From NCBI RefSeq assembly GCF_002105155.1, contig NW_019028980.1:62001-126000 (forward strand): 64,000 nucleotides of DNA. The letters run 5' to 3'. This DNA is from Lobosporangium transversale. Lineage: Eukaryota. The notes under the pieces were generated by a model. That model saw only the letters and a program-made list of their open reading frames with translations, was not told where the DNA came from and searched no databases. This document shows positions 35,775 to 49,145 of the stretch, piece by piece (position 1 is the first letter of the stretch; every line of letters starts with the position of its first letter). A program made the translations under genes and the position numbers.

Positions 35775-37916
35775 GGTCACCAATACGCAAAAACAAAAAA
35801 AAGACCATCAACACACATTACACTGATTTTAATCCCTAATATGGCAAGATGATCTTCATAAAATTACCTTTTAAAGAATATCAATGATTTGCTAAAAGTT
35901 GGTATATCGCTGTTTTATTCTATGTAAAGAAAGACGTCGAGGCTTGGGACCGAATGAGGAGCGAGGCAAATGTTACAGGGATAAGCTAGGGTCAAATCGA
36001 TGATATGATGGGTTAAAATAACGATACACCAAATAAAGATACAGCGAGCGTATCTATCTTTGGAGATATATGGGATATGAGATATGTTCGTGAGTGAGAC
36101 AGAAAGAGCACATCTGTAGATATAAGACTTGGTTAAGTGACATTTGACAGGACAATAAAAAGAGAAGTGCTGGAATAAAAGAACAAAAGGTTGAGAGAAG
36201 CATCTTCTTTTTTAACTACTGCTTTGGCTCCTGGCTAACTGATGATTGGTAGACATGAACCAAAACCTATATGATTCTACTCTATCCTCAGGGTCCGTTA
36301 TGGTAGCAGAAGGGACGAAGATATCAATATCGAAAGCGATAGCCATAAGAAAGTAATAAGAAGGGATGAGGAGATTCTACTCCTCGCTAAAGTCATGTCA
36401 TGATGGCATGTTTCTCAAATAGCAACCAAGGACTGTCTTCCAATAGCGTGTGCATGGTGACTAATGTTGGGATGGTGGTGTAATTTTCTAGGGACAATTG
36501 GCCCATGAACAACACATCGAAGGCAGAATAAATAAAAATGGGTACTGGCAATGTTATCAGCCAACGCTAGAATCAGAATAGCGTAGAAATACACACATAA
36601 TTAAAAGGGGCCAGACGATATATCAGGCACGTTAGACTCGTCAAATGATATTCATCAGGATACAGGGACTGGCACCAATACTAAAACGAGTGATAGCTTA
36701 AAAAAGAAGAAAGACACCCCAGAGGTCATTTCTAAACTGGAATGCAATATATATATAAAAAAAAAAAAAAGACGAGGGGAAAGCTATAGTTGATCCGTTG
36801 CTTTGATAGGTCAGTAAGTCTAATATCATTGCTGAGTAAACTTTTATATCTAATGTTTGGGTAGGTTAGTAATGCAATGTAAGCACTACAAGAAACACCA
36901 CTCCAAACTCTGGGGGAGCCTCATTACCCTTACATTGTGTACAGCCTACATAGGTTTGTCAAAGGTGAATTTGAAAGCTCTTTAATGTTACATCTTTTGG
37001 GAGACAGCAGTTTAGCAATGTCCTTGCACACTAACCTAAGATGGTGCAGGTTTTATAGAGAGGGCAAAGAGGGCCTGATCCGATACGTGCGCTATTAGTC
37101 GTGACCCTGATAATGCCCTAAAGTCAAGGTGCCCTTTGAAGCTGGGTATCCGACATAATCACATATTTAAGTCAAGAAGACAAAAATCAATGATGAGGAA
37201 TCGAAAGAGATTGCGACCAAAGTGTCAAAAGTGGAATCAGATTGAAGGGCTGGTAAAGACACCGGTGCTCATTAATGCCGTGACTACTTGGTTTTAGCCA
37301 GATTGCAGAAATCACTCCCTTGGATTGCAGGGGTATTAAAATTACTATAAGTCAAGGAATCATTTCACTGAGTGATTAAGGGCGTATCTCAGTACTATGG
37401 ATATGTACCATGTGACCACGACATTTAACCTATCATTCGATATCCTCTAGCCCTTGGATAATGAAGATCGGGCTAAACTACTCAATGATGGAGCCAAAGA
37501 CTAGTTCAACAAAATCAACAATCGTCCTCCAAAATTCTCACGCCAGAATCACCAGTCAACAATTAAGGCTCACAGGAGACACTGTGGTGCCTGCGTTTCA
37601 AAAACTACTGCACAAAGGAAGCAACATTGGTGAATCTACCGACGAGAAACAGAGCAATAGATTTGACCGCTGTCCATGGTCGACGTCAAAATCAAAAGTA
37701 GGTTTTCCTTGGGACTGATGGAAATCAAGTCATCAATCATACCCAAGCATGCCAATGCTGACCTCTGTACCTCGGCAGGCGTAGTCACTTCAGAGTGTCT
37801 CTGACAATGTGGCCACTAACAAGCGGCCTCAGCATAGCTCCCTGGTTGACCAAAGGGTTAAATAGCGCGCCAAAAAGTCGAATGCAAATGCTTCTGATAC
37901 GACGCCTGATGTCTTT

Positions 37917-38490
37917 TTATACTTTTGAAAATGGTCCATAGGTTCTATCAGTATATACTGGCTGATCTGGATAGTTTTTTATCCCAGTTCCCGTCCCCTC
38001 AAGAAAATCGTTAACTATGAAAGACCTAACTCTATCGTTCCAAGGGCCTAACTCAGACCAATAGGTATGTCCATATTTAAATTTGCTCGACACCCGGAAA
38101 TAAGCTCCATCACAACTGTCTCCTTCGTAGAACTGAACGGTCGTATACCTATCAGTTTGGTCGGCGTGAGCGTATATAATTGAAGATAACGGGCTCCTGT
38201 GGCTGTTCGGGATCATCCTTATACACTTGTTGTAGTAAAGAAATAAAGCGAACCAATAGATACCTCCATAGTCATTATGCTCATAGAAAGTCATATCGGA
38301 AATGTCCGTATAAGGAGCAGGCCCGGGAGGGCGCTTTTGGAATGTTGGCATTGGTACATATGTAGCATTTTGCTTGGCATTCTGCGTGACATTTTGTGCT
38401 GAAACAAGCACTTGGTCTTGGCCTTGAAGAAGAATCGACCTCAGAGCGCAGAGCGACAGCTGCGATGAGTATACGAAGTAAGCTTGGCAT
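37917..38490 (-). pseudogene. Secreted beta/gamma-crystallin-like protein gene with a 1-nt frameshift in the signal-peptide region (pseudogene or sequence error)
   Basis: ATG 38490 gives MPSLLRILIAAVA. The main frame reads ...LCALRSILLQGQDQVLVSA-QNVTQ and has no upstream ATG; the span is 574 nt (3n+1). Greek-key-like motifs are MTFYEHNDYGG, VQFYEGDSCDG and WNDRVRSFIV. Confidence 0.6.
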
Positions 38491-38725
38491 TTTTTTTCCT
38501 CCTAATATTCGATGAAGATTCAATAGCGTTGGTTAATCGACATAAAGATTACTTTATTATATCTTTGAGATTTATGAGTTTTTACTGGTCGCATCAAGAG
38601 GATAGTTAAAAAAAGACGTACACTTGCTTTCCACTTTTCTTGAGGATGGTAGAAGGTAAGGATAATCAATCGATTGAAGAAGAATGTGGAAGAAGAATGA
38701 AAAGACGTGCCTTTTATAAAGATAC

Positions 38726-38756
<31 letters not shown>

Positions 38757-39689
38757 AACAGGCAAGGTGTGTATATTCATGTACTGTGTGCCATAAAATG
38801 GTTAGACTGAAGAAATACAATCATTGGCTGCAAGGAATGCAACGCAAAGCACAGCAGTAGATAAAGCTTCTCAATATGCTAATTTCAAACACACGCACAT
38901 GAATGGAAAAGGGTGGGATGCAATGCTAAGTGTTCAGACCCAATTTTGATTGTGTTTAACCGATCCTTATCAAGGATGAGCAATTAAGTAAAAAAAAAAA
39001 AAAAATGTTTTTACATATATAATATGACTGCAGTTATTTCTGGATAATTCACATGTTGCAATTTGAAATGCTTAACCAGCATTTTTTTTCCTGTTCATTT
39101 GCTGCAAAAAAGGTTGGCGAGTCACCAAATGTTTAATTTACGCTTAATCATGAACTTTGACCATCCAGCAATCTGGGAGTGGTGCGTGTAGATCAAACTT
39201 TTCCAAAAGATTGATAGAGCGGTATACATGTACTGTATATAAACATCTGTGCTTGTTTGACAAATCATTTTCATCGTGTCCATGTTACACACGCTTTTTA
39301 TCTTTATCTGGCTTTATTTCGTCCCAATGACTTGCGTTATCGGTAAGAAATCCTCGCGCACGACCGACTTCGCGACTACGAAGTTCAACGCGGGTATCTT
39401 GTAAAGACTTTCCACGAAAATATGGTAATGGCATGACAGGGATACACGCTTCACAGGTTCAGATTAAAACAGGCTTAACATTTCAAAATACCATGTATCC
39501 CTATAACTGAACTGCTTCAGGAATAACCCTCGTACAATAGATAGCAAGGTGCCAAACAAGGGCAAGGAAAAAGATCCCCGCTATTATTCAGCTGATTTTA
39601 GTTGATATACTAATAATTGAGTCCAAGCGAAGCTTGATTGCCTGAAGCGTACTGAACTGGATTGTCTCCGACATACCTCCCTTTTCAGT

Positions 39690-41498
39690 GCTCGGTCCTT
39701 TGGCTTTGCGCTCATCGAGATTCGTAATCTCCAGGCGCAATTGCCATGCACCTCTTCCAATGGAAAACTTGTACCGACTCTTAAGAAGAGCCGGCGGAAA
39801 AGATAACAGATATCATTGGATCATTGGCTGTTATATGGTACTATCGTCAAGCGAGGATGAGACTGTGCGTTTACGAAATGTACAACCGGTTGGCTCGTCT
39901 GTATCCTGCCAAGGCACAAAGGCCCCTAAATGGACGTCCACTTCTCACTAACAATCAGCGAATCACGATCTCCGATAGTCATGAGCCCGTACATGTACGT
40001 CTCTGGGATTTTCCACGGTTGGGACAAGTCGCTTACATTCTAGGAGAACAAGAGAAGGATAATTTCGAATGCAATAGGATCGCTTCGATGGATCTTTCGC
40101 CTAGTGACCATCAAGTTATCTATGAGCATTCTGGGGGTGGGCTATCTGTATGAGGCACGAAAAATGGTGAAGTCATTTTTCAATCGAATAGCAACGACAA
40201 CGATGACAATGAAGATAGTGGATATATGAAGCACATAGCATGTTCACCCAACGGTTAACAAGTTGCTTCATGCAACAGCAAAGGCACTGTCAAGTTATAG
40301 TGTACTAAAACATGGAACACTCTTTTCACGATGGACGCTGGCGTTAGGTTAGTGGACAGCCTTGTGTACTCACCCAATGGTCGCCGTATCGTGTGCTATG
40401 GTAATAAGTAGAGAGTTCCGTGTATGGGGGTGAGCTGTGCTTCACAATACGTCCAATCGTACTGAAATTCTCTAGCGGATTTTCACGATGTAAAAAAAAA
40501 AAAAAAAGTTGCATCTGGGAATTTTTAGTGGAGTAGAATACGTGGTGGACCATGAGGAAGAAGAGTTATTGCAGATATTTTGATGACATTCTGGTACCGT
40601 TTGTATGACTGAATATTCGCTCGATGGTCAATATAGTGCCACAGGAGGATTTGACAAGACTGCACACGTATGAGCTCCAGACTCAGATCAATGCCTGACT
40701 GTCACTGCACATACTGGTAGGGTGACAAGGACAGTTACGTGAGATATCTCTGCTGAGGGCGTTTCCTATCTTGTAACGGGTTGTGGAGGCGTCAATTCAA
40801 AAATGGGGGATTATCAAAGGTAAAAATACAAGAAAAGGGGGAGGACGAAGCCGAAGACAATAGGGAAGATGAAGGTGGGCTAGATGAGGAGGAGAAGGAC
40901 GAAGATAAGAATGAAGAGGGGCAAGGAGGGAAAGAGAAGGGAGGAGAAGCAGATGAAGAAGCAGTGGAGGGAGAGGAAGGAAATGAAGGCGAGGAGGAGA
41001 AATATAACCATTTTTAATATCTGTATTGCTTGAGATGGAGCACATGGCAGATAACTGAATACAGAGATAACGTTAATAGAAGGAGTAGTTGGGCAAAGCC
41101 GTACCAGCAAGGATCTGATAGTGCAGCGTGTAGCTGTAGAGGCGCCGAACCCACCCTTGGTATTGACTGAAGCGATCAGGAAGGTTAGAGTTTTGGTACT
41201 TGCTACAGCCAAGGTAAAGTCATCTGCTGACGCAAGAACAACAGCAAAGGTAATATTAACACCGACACCAAAGCCAGCAAGACTATCAACCGTATTTTCT
41301 GTTCGCAAGAGACATTGGAGGCAAATTGACACTTCATGCATAAAGCTTGTTAGAAAAAAGCCATTGATCATTGTAACTGGTGATGCAATCAAGTACAAGG
41401 ACCGCCAGTTTGTGTATAGTCTTTACAGTGAATGCAATGTTGCGCATATCATCACTTGCAGCCCTCATAGTGGTAATGATCATAATGCAAAATATTAG
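39690..41498 (+). pseudogene. Decayed WD40-repeat gene (C-terminal part of a NACHT-WD40-type protein)
   Basis: WD fragments lie across several frames with stops: SSSEDETVRL, VRLWDF, MDLSPSDHQV, IACSPNG*QVASCNSKGTVKL*, SLVYSPNGRRI, YSLDGQYSATGGFDKTAHV*, YLVTGC and a terminal LIEGVVGQSRTSKDLIVQRVAV. Confidence 0.75.
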
Positions 41499-42573
41499 AG
41501 TATGTTGAGGAGAGTAAAGTTAAAAATAAATAGATGCATTTTTTTTTCTTACGAGATGGTTGTAAATATTGTATATAATGCTAATATTTCTCTTGGAGCG
41601 TCCTATCCTAACAAATAGAAAATGATTGATGATACGACCAAGGCGATCGAAGATCTGTACGAAGTTTGAGTGGCAAAGTAATCTCAAGGATAGAAAGCAT
41701 TAATTACAAATTTCATGCATCCAATTGCATCCACATGTATAAATAAATAAAATTAAAATGAAAAAAAGAACATGGATCAGTTAACAGTTAACGATGGTGG
41801 GAAGACCCAAGTTATTGAGGATGGATGTCCCTTGTTTATGTTCTTTAACCCCTCTCACACACTCTTGGGTCATATTCACCCTCTGCTATCTCTCTTTGAT
41901 TAATCTACTTTTCTCTTTTACTGCCCTAAATTTGTATTTACATCATATTTTTAGTGTATTATAAACAAAAAGTCATCTATCATGACAAACTATCACTACT
42001 TTACTAGTCCCCCTTTTTATTTCCTTCGACGCTTCACAGTTGCTTTTTTTTTTTTTTTTTTTTTTTTTTGTAGAAGATTAGCAGGCAATCGGCTCTGTTA
42101 GTAGCATTATCTTCTTCTACTGCTGGCGCTGTTAACTCACTACCCGCGTTGGTATAAAAGAGTGGATATTCATGAAGCTCTCTTTTTTTTTTTTTTTTTT
42201 TTTTTGAGATAAAAAAAGAGAGAGAGCGAAAAATACTGACTTCTACACCCAAGTTATTGACCGAATGAATCTCATTTTGATGAATCTACACTAAACACTC
42301 CTTATTTCCATTCATCCATTATATAGTCTCCCTTACAAGGATTACATTTAAAACTGGGTAAGCTGCTTTCTCGCCTTAATCCTAGGCCTGGATAGGATCT
42401 ATTAATGTCTTTCTATTTCCTGCATGCCTTCCATACACATGTATTCATATCTATTTAATTCTATGGCGATCAGCTGATGGTTCTCTTTGTAGTCACTCTT
42501 TAGACAGATAAAACTCAAATCTGTGTGCAGTTTATTACACGACATGCAAAAATGCATAGATACATCTGTGCAC

Positions 42574-42608
<35 letters not shown>

Positions 42609-43222
42609 GTTGGATCTGATGGGAGATGATGTATTTTAACGACAAACAAGAATAAATGAATGAGGCCTATGTGGAGAAAGCAATACAAAGAAAGAAGGGA
42701 AAAAAAATCGAACAGAATCCCCTCAAACTTACTGGTTCTCTCTTCATCCTCATCTATTCTGACTCTCTTTCCTTCGTTAATCCTCGTCTTCTTTTCCCCC
42801 TTCTCTTCTCCGTCTTTGTCTCCTTCTTGTTTCCTTTCTGCATCTTGGTTTTCCTCATCTTAATCGACTTCCTGACCCATTTGGTTTTCATAATTTGTGT
42901 TGTTCTTTTTCTTCTTTTCACTTGTACACACTTTTTTACCATTTCATGTAGCTTATGCCCTGTAAAAGCCACTTGCTGTCTATATCATTATCAAATGTAA
43001 ATTAATGCAACTCCTAAACTCTTTTCATGCGTCATGGAAATAAAAAAAAAAAAAGAAAAAGAAACAAAAAAGGAAAAGGAAGGGTCTGGAACAAGCGAAG
43101 CTAACCAATGACTGTATATTATATAATCCTTCTTCGTCATTGAACGCGTCAAGTGAATGTTTGCCTGATCGGAGTGACTAATTGCCACCAAACAACAAAC
43201 AATCCCTTCTCTTTTCTCTTTT

Positions 43223-43292
43223 CATTTTTCATTTTTCATTTTTCATTTTTCATTTTTCATTTTTCATTTTTCATTTTTCATTTTTCATTTTT
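43223..43292. repeat. (CATTTTT) heptanucleotide tandem repeat, about 10 copies
   Basis: Seen directly in the sequence. Confidence 0.9.
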
Positions 43293-45416
43293 TTGTTCCC
43301 TTCATCCCTTCATCCCTTCATTCCTTTATCATCAACACTTGTTATTCTGTGATCACCTTACCTTCCATTTCAGACAAAAACCCGTTCAACTTGTCTAACA
43401 AATATATATACATTATTTTGACATAGCCTACATTCGGCATAAAGAAAAGAAGAGAGAAGAAAAGTTTTAGCATATATATAAAAAGAAAAAGGTATGTAAA
43501 CCGCCTAGTAGATTCACGTATACAACATAAAGACTTTTTTTTCATTATATACGACAATCATTCTCCATGAAGCCCACATTTCAATGTCTGTTGAGGAATG
43601 AAACGGAATGAGAAGCTCTGATTTTTTGTCTCCTTTTGGTAGACAAAGTCTATTTATTATCATTGTTTGTTTGTGTCCTGGGGGTACAAGTGCATGGAAA
43701 ATTAAGCACGGGAGTCTGTGCGGAGGATTGCGTGAAAGAACTTTTTTTTAAAAGGAAATCTAGTCGATTGTTCGGTGAGACGTTCAAACGATAGACTCTT
43801 TCCTTTCCTTTCCTATCCTCTCCTATCCTTCCACCGTACTCTTTCCAGTAGCTTTGGTTAGTTATCTCGTAATGATATAAAAGTAGAAGATATCTTTGCT
43901 TTGTTGATACTTCTGTTTATTATCGGCATCAGTTCTCTTTCTTTCTCATTCTCATGCAGATCCCGTATTTGCTAAAAAAAAAAAAAAAAAAAAAAAAAGC
44001 TCGCGTTTACTTTTTACTCCTTTATCTTTTCACCATCAACCCCCTCCATCAACCCCCTTCTCTCTCCCATGTTTGCATTTCCTTACGCAAGAAAATAAAG
44101 GGATTTGAGCACAACCTGCCAATTCCAGATTCAAGGAGAAGCGCCAACTAAAAAGGAAAATATGCACCGGACAAAGCGGAACCTGACAGTAAAGAGAGAA
44201 AGATTCAAGCGGAAACAAAGGGACACGTGAATGAGCAAAAGTAAACTGGTTTGCAATGGTTGTTATGGAATTAATTAGTTGCACTGTTGGACAACCATGG
44301 TCCAGTCTTTTTTTGTGCGTAATATTTCCACCCCCTTGTTCTTCCATCCCTTGTTCCGTTCTCCTGACTGGTTTTTTCTTTTTTCTTTTTTTTCTTTTTT
44401 TTTTTTCTTGTTTATTATTATTATTATTATTATTATTATTTCTTTGGTTATTTGTCTCTCTCAGATCTCATATTTTCCCATCAGGAACCTTTACTGTAGC
44501 TGTTGTTGTAATGCATGATCATTCATTCATGCATAATTTGTCTGATGGGGCTACAGAGAATGACAATGTGCATGGTTTGTAGCATTCAACTTTTGTGCAC
44601 ATGTGCACAAAAAAAAATGGCTTCAACGTCTATTTCTCACTTCTCTATCCGTGTTTGCCAGTGCTCTTTTTTTTTTTTTTTTTTTTTATCGTCACGCATT
44701 TGACCCCGTTCTCGTTCCATCTGAATATAGACATCTCTTTATGCATTTCATAAAATAGGATGCGTTAGGATTGTTATCGTCATATCCTTCCGTTTAATAC
44801 AATGTGTACCCATTTATTTGTATATTTAGCAAGTTATAAAAAAAAAAGGAAGGAGACATTCACATATACTTACATACACACAATGTAAAGTGCAAAAGAT
44901 GGGACCCTTCTTTCCCGTTCCTCTTCCTGGATATTATCGTCCTTCCTCGTCGCCGTCGTTGACGTGCGTATAGATTAAAACACGGATGGTGAAGTGTCAA
45001 TAGAAGTGGTTTCATTCTGTGCCTAATGTTTATTTTTATTATTTATTATCATCATTTATCCCATCATTGACCTCCGTTATAAACGTCTTTTTCTCTTTTA
45101 AAAATCCCACTTTGCTGGTTCTCTCTTTCTTTCTCCTTCTACTCTCATTCTCACTCTTTTTTTTTTTTTTTTTTTTTTAATATTTATTTGTCTATTTTTT
45201 TTCTTCATTCTTTTCTTTGTACTTTATATATATATATATATATTATTTTTTGTTTTTGTTTTTTTTACACATATTCTAACTTCCTTATCTTTTCTTCCCT
45301 AGTTATCCGTCATAGTATCCGTTTCGCCCCATCTTCACCCTTCATACCGTCTTTTTACTTCTTCCCTTTGTGCTTTCTTACATTCTTTCATTTGCCCTTA
45401 CTCCTCACTGCACATC

Positions 45417-46879
45417 ATGACCGCCCTTCCAGACACCACATTTGACTTCTCGCCTTCACAGCAACTGCCTTATCTCAGTGCTCCTGATGCATTCCAACGG
45501 CCTCCACTTACACCGCCTCCAACTCCCATCATCTCAGACAACGGATGTCCTACTGCTATGACTACCACAGCTACTATCGCTATGACACATGATAAACTCA
45601 CAGTTTCCGCAAGGCAGCTTCAAAATCACACATTACATCCAGATTTCTTGAATGAATACATCTTGGGTGATGAACTTGGGTCTGGTGGATTTGGTTTCGT
45701 AGTCTCTGCTACGCGCAAGTCCGATCGCAAAGAAGTCGCTGTCAAATTCATTTTCCGCGACAAAGTGCCTGTCCATGGCTGGACCAAGGATCCAGAGTTA
45801 GGTGTGATCCCAATGGAGATTTATGTTCTTCGTAATGTCGAGCACGCCAATATCATTGGATATCTCAACGCTTTTCAAGACCAAAAGTTTTTTTACTTGA
45901 TCATGGAACTCCATGGAACCCCTTGGTCTGCCAGCAACCCTCTCTTGAGCAAACACAATGTCAATAGCAACAACAATAACAACAATAACAACAACAATTC
46001 GAATGCCACCAGCAGCAACACGACTATGATTGAAGCCATGGCTGCAGCGACACTGAATCAACAACGTACTGCTGAATCTTCTGGATTTACTGGATCTGAT
46101 GGATCTGTCGGATCTGCCTCAACTTCGAGTTCAGTTTCTTCTTCCTCCTTTCAGACCACAACCTCATCCTCCAGCTCCATCAATCTAGGTCACTTGGGCA
46201 GTGAGAATGAGCCCTTTATGGAGCCACCAAAGGCTTCGCTTCTGGTCCGTAGAACGTCTTGCGATCTGTTCGAGTGTATCGAGCACCACTCCAAATTCTC
46301 AGAAGGACAGGCTCGCATGATATTCAAACAGATTGTAGAATGTGTTGAATATTTGAACTCGAGAGGAATTTGTCATAGGGATATCAAGGATGAGAACATT
46401 GTGATCGATAACGACTTTCGAGTCAAGTTGATTGACTTTGGGTCGGCAGTGATCATCCCACGGCCACAGGGCAAGCTCTTTGATCGCTTCTATGGGACTA
46501 TTAATTGTACGCTGAACTGATGTCTAAAGGCATTTGAGATTTTTTGTTCAAGTCATTTTTAAGTGGCTTTTTTTTTCTACTGATTTTTTTTTCCCTACAT
46601 TTGTATGCATTATTAGATGCATCGCCCGAGATCTTGAAGGGAGAAAAATATCGCGCTGAGGCTGCAGAGATCTGGGCATTAGGCATCTTGTTGTACACTA
46701 TCCTTTACGGTGAAGTCCCATTCAACGACCCTGTGCAGGCTATTTCCGGTCCTTTCATCACTCCACGTGTTCGGTCGTCGCCAGACTGTATACACCTTCT
46801 CAACTGGATGCTCACCAAGAATCCGGAGCGTCGTGCGACCATAGAGAATATTGTTAACCACCCATGGCTTTCTGGATAA
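45417..46879 (+). CDS. Ser/Thr protein kinase, PASK/PIM-like CAMK-group catalytic domain without PAS domains (~450 aa); exons 45417-46506 and 46617-46879
   Basis: Kinase motifs LGSGGFGFV, VAVKFI, PMEIYVL, HRDIKDENIV, DFG, GTINYASPE (restored across the intron) and EIWALGILLY. Confidence 0.9.
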
Positions 46880-48104
46880 GCTGTTTCTGGTTTTGCTCGA
46901 AACAGGACTACCAATACAGATCTGCCGTATGGGCCATCTGACCAATGGCATTGAAACCTGCCAAGACTCACACATTTTGCATTTTTCCACTTTATTCTAC
47001 AGCCTCTTTACTATACCATTCGATTTCTGTTTTTTCTTTCTCTTTTATCATCTTTTTCTCCCAGCACTTGCATCGCTTGCGCATTCTATATTTTTTCTTT
47101 AGCTTATCCTCTCCCCCCACTCTATTCATGGCTGTAATTTTCAATAGCGTATTTGTATGACTTTTTTTTTTTTTTCCTTCCTTTATTTTTTTTTTTTTAA
47201 AGGCCCTTGAATGAGAACAAGATAAGGAATAGGAGGAGCGCAAAGACTGGATCTTTCTTCTCCTCTGTGACCGTATAACTATGGCTTTTTTTTTTTTTTA
47301 ATACTCACTTTGTATCAGTACCTCTAGCTTTATTTTTCCAATTAATTTGCATCTAATTATGCAACGTCGCGATGAACAGTTGCATGACCCATCTATTCCT
47401 GCTTCAGGTATTGTCACCTTTTCTCAAGTACCAATGGCTGTCGATTCATATTCCTTGCTTAGTCCAGTTTTTGTGCGTGTCATTTTTTTAAAATTGTGGA
47501 GACAAGATGCAAGGGGCGGTGTTTATTAGCGATAAAAAACTAATAATAATAAAAAAAAAGAAACGAACAAGGGAACAGATCCTTTTTGGAAGATCTTTTT
47601 GGTCATAGGATCAGCACGAGTATATTCAAATACATAGACACTAACTGTCATCTTTCAACTTTCAAATGAAAAAAGAATTACAAGGGACACGTGGCTTACA
47701 TAGCCCTTTTAAGAAAGAAGCTTTTTTTTTTTTTTTTTTTTTTTTTCTTTATTTCTCACGACTGAATGTTAAAGACGATACAAACGATGGGAGTAAAGAA
47801 AATGCGTTATCGCCAGATGAGGAAGCATGATTTTTTTTTTTATTGGGAAGGTTCGCACTGAAGCCTATTCCATGGATCCTGTTCCATCCCGCAATCAAAC
47901 ATTTTTTTTTACTTTTCCCTTCTGATGAAAGGATTTTTTTTTTTTTTTTTTTTTTTTTCCCTTTCCTCTCTAATGAGAGAAAAAGGATTATAGAAATGAA
48001 GAGTATTTACAATTGAAAAAGGGATTCAACATGTTTATGATCGGAAAAAAAGAGAAAGTTGTCATATTCATGAAGAAAAATAGGAGGAGAAGGGGGGGGG
48101 GGCC

Positions 48105-48500
48105 TTAGTGGCATTGGCACTTGCCACCACAGGTGCAGTCTGCGCCGGCTGGAGCAGAGCAACCACAAGTCTTGCCCGCACAGTTGTTACAGCCCTTTGA
48201 ACACTTGCATTCGCCACCAGAAGAACCCTCGCAAGGGCAAGAGCCCTTTGCACAACCACAGCCTGAAGAAGAAGCGGAAGATTTACCGCATTTACATGTT
48301 GTTCCGCAAGCTAATACAGTAAAACACAAAAATGTTTACAATTAGTCTTTCATTCAAAAAAAATAAAATAGAATAAAACAAAACAAAAAAGTGACGCCAT
48401 ATGACGCGAGACAATTCTGCTATAATATATATATATAAATCAATAAAGCCATACTGCAGCTGGATCCACAGGAGCAAGCCTCGTTACCGCAAGGATTCAT
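48105..48500 (-). CDS. Metallothionein (83 aa, 21 Cys); exons 48500-48455 and 48310-48105
   Basis: Spliced product MNPCGNEACSCGSSCTCGTTCKCGKSSASSSGCGCAKGSCPCEGSSGGECKCSKGCNNCAGKTCGCSAPAGADCTCGGKCQCH. It has CxC motifs and no aromatic residues; the intron is a phase-1 GTATGG...TTAG. Confidence 0.9.
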
Positions 48501-48625
48501 GATGGAAGAATAGGATTGCTTGTTTTGTCAATGAGTTGAGTGAATGTAAGCAGGGTTGTTTAGTTTGAAGAATGATGATGAAGTGAAAAAAGAAAAAAGT
48601 AAAAAAAGATAGACCGAACACGTCC

Positions 48626-48696
48626 TTTTATACAACGACATTTTTTTTTTTTTTTGCATGAAGTCTCATGATAAACGCCGATCCAGCCAGCTTGAA
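48626..48696 (-). promoter_or_regulatory. Putative metallothionein promoter: TATAAAA (48632-48626) and an Ace1-like element TTCAAGCTGG (48696-48687)
   Basis: Motifs read on the minus strand. The match to the yeast HTHNNGCTGD consensus is short and could be chance. Confidence 0.35.
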
Positions 48697-49145
48697 AATC
48701 ACAATGCATGACATGACATAACAGAACACTCATTAAAATGCACAAGACATTTATCATCAATAACACATTCATATATACATGTATTATGGAAACAGTGCAT
48801 TCATTTATTAACCTAGACTTTAATCTTTGCCTCTCTCCCCCTATCCCCTATTCCTCTCTTTCTCCCCTGCTTCCTTGCTCATTGTCTCTCATTTCTCTTG
48901 TCTAATCGCATTTAATTTTACATTTGTGGTTGCTGAATGAAGTGACATGTGAGACAATATTTAAAAAGCAACCTATACTAACCTTAAATGGAAAAAAATG
49001 CGCGATTTTTTTTTTTTGACATGACAGAATTGGCCTGTCAAAATTCGTAAAATCCCTCATACGTCAATCACAATGTATTGGCGCATTGAGACTTTGGACG
49101 CGTGAATATGTATCCTTTATATTATTATATTTATATATATATTTA

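Noticed and set aside
36800..37900. Possible decayed coding or transposon remnant
   Set aside because: All frames I read are interrupted, and I could identify no family motif by eye.
11244..48500. Metal-homeostasis gene cluster (NIPA, His-rich protein, Fe oxygenases, metallothionein)
   Set aside because: The genes are widely spaced among unrelated housekeeping genes and share no evident regulatory motif. Conserved synteny would be needed to support a cluster.
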